Shown here: piece by piece, positions 62,550 through 64,000 of the stretch
How the letters are laid out: each line of letters opens with the position of its first letter
Numbering within the stretch: position 1 is the stretch's first letter
From: Azolla caroliniana
Taxonomy: Eukaryota; Plantae; Polypodiophyta
Reading direction: 5' to 3'
Length of the DNA stretch: 64,000 nt
Assembly: GCA_043228905.1 (NCBI GenBank)
Contig: JBHGNT010000001.1
Coordinates: forward strand, 806,001 to 870,000
Program-made: the position numbers and the translations under genes
The notes under the pieces: model-generated
What the model was told of the DNA's origin: nothing
Database searches by the model: none
Seen by the model: only the letters and a program-made list of their open reading frames with translations

Positions 62550-64000
62550 CATTCAAAGTTCAGAATAGAACCTCTTCCTAATTTGATATTGCAATGACAT
62601 CTTAGGAGCACATAGGGCATTTGTAAAGGAGCCAAGGGAAAATCTGCCTTCTGGAAATTTGTTCATAAAAGCTTCCCCCTTTGATGTTGGTTCTACATTC
62701 TTAACCAAAGCATGTATTTGAGTTCCAAAAAGCCACAAATGATCAGTCAAAGCTCAAGACACCTCTTCTTTGATTCTCCGATTGATAACGGTACTAACAA
62801 ACTATGTCATAAAACTGAGTAAACCAAGAAATAAACTATATTTTCCTAGAAATTAACATTAAATGAAAGATCGCTTAACAATTATTCAATTTCTGATTAT
62901 TTTTACATCATTCATGCAATCCTTTTCTGAAGATGTCTGTGAAGAAAGTTTGGATTATAAATTATCCAACGTCTGATTAAGAGGTCACCTCATCCATGTT
63001 TAGCTTTTTGTTAAACTTGGATTGGGCGAGTTATATATCAGATCATGCATGACATATAGTTTTTACCTCGTGGCATTTGATCCTCCCCCACACCTTCCAA
63101 TTCGAGAAAAGAATCATATATTATATGGCTTCTGAGTTTATATTACCTCAGAAGCTTTGAGATGAGTTTCTTTGTCATGGATGTACAAGTTTCTACTAAT
63201 GAAGAAGATGTTTTTTTGGGAAAAAAAAAAAAACTTATCCCTGAGGAAAAGTTGCATAATTTTCTCATTCACATACTCAACTAGTTCGAGAAAAAGAATC
63301 AAGGGTATGGATATGGTCAAATCACTCACACGATGTTTGTTTGTTTGTGTGTGTGTGTGTTATTCAATTTCCAAGAGATGGAATCAAAAGCTTGAAGAAT
63401 TGCAGCCTGAGGCAAAATCAGTTATCCCTTTATAGGAAACTGAACAGAAGGCACAAAGATTGTGTAAAAATCATCATAAGTGTAAACATTGCTCAGAGTT
63501 TTAAGTGTAGAAAAAAAAAACTCCCTGAAGTTGGATAATGTATGATACGATCTTAATTCGAAGAAGAAAAGGAAACCATGAAAATCGTTAGGGAACATCA
63601 CAGTTTAAGAACTTGGATAATATACAGTCAATTTGGAGTTAATGTCTAGTAAGGAATGCACACCATGAAGAAGCTGGTTCATATATGGTCAATTCCTAAG
63701 AGATGAAGGCATAGAAATCTTAAAATGTTATTTGGTAAAAGTTTTTGGATTTGGATAATATTGGGTCAATTTCTTCAATAGGAAGGTATGGATGATGGAA
63801 AACCACTCACAACGTTCTATCATTCACAGTCAAAGTTAAGAGAAAAGAGAAGGGATAGAGGAGATGATGAATTACTTAGAACTTGGATAATGTAGGATCA
63901 GATCTCTCATTTATACTTGATTTGTCGAAAAAGAACGCATCCAATAGGTCATTTAACCTCTCGTTCATGCCAATCAAATGCTGGAGAATGAAGGTATGGA
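62550..64000. pseudogene. Degenerate leucine-rich-repeat (NLR-type) relics
   Basis: Recurrent GAACTTGGATAAT and GAAGGTATGGA...CACTCAC motifs resembling LEELxI / PEGM..LTxL repeats on +; FPEG..SLGSFTNAL-like segment on -; no intact ORF. Confidence 0.3.

Overview
Eukaryotic land-plant genomic DNA: AT-rich intergenic sequence, spliceosomal introns and long microsatellites. The Tcn1/Tf1-like chromovirus suggests a non-seed plant such as a fern, which is an inference. Five host genes are supported: a single-coding-exon KIX-like + RING-HC protein (-), a large multi-exon low-complexity protein of unknown function (-), a thylakoidal type I signal peptidase (+), a CIB/BEE-type bHLH factor (+) and a BRANCHLESS TRICHOME/At5g41620-like coiled-coil protein (+). 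An 11.3-kb TE nest (9536-20827) is a decayed Copia element. A nearly intact chromodomain Gypsy sits in its 5' LTR, and an unrelated solo LTR sits in its pol. The window also holds a 1.7-kb non-autonomous LTR element (39889-41624), a tRNA-derived SINE, a MULE-type MITE, a 53-bp minisatellite and LINE/LRR relics. The most notable signal is shared by the Gypsy and the non-autonomous element: neither has a tRNA primer-binding site. Each instead has an 11-nt site complementary to the predicted first 11 nt of its own transcript (Tf1-type self-priming), with identical helix geometry but different, co-varied primer sequences. All calls were made by eye; no searches or folding programs were run.
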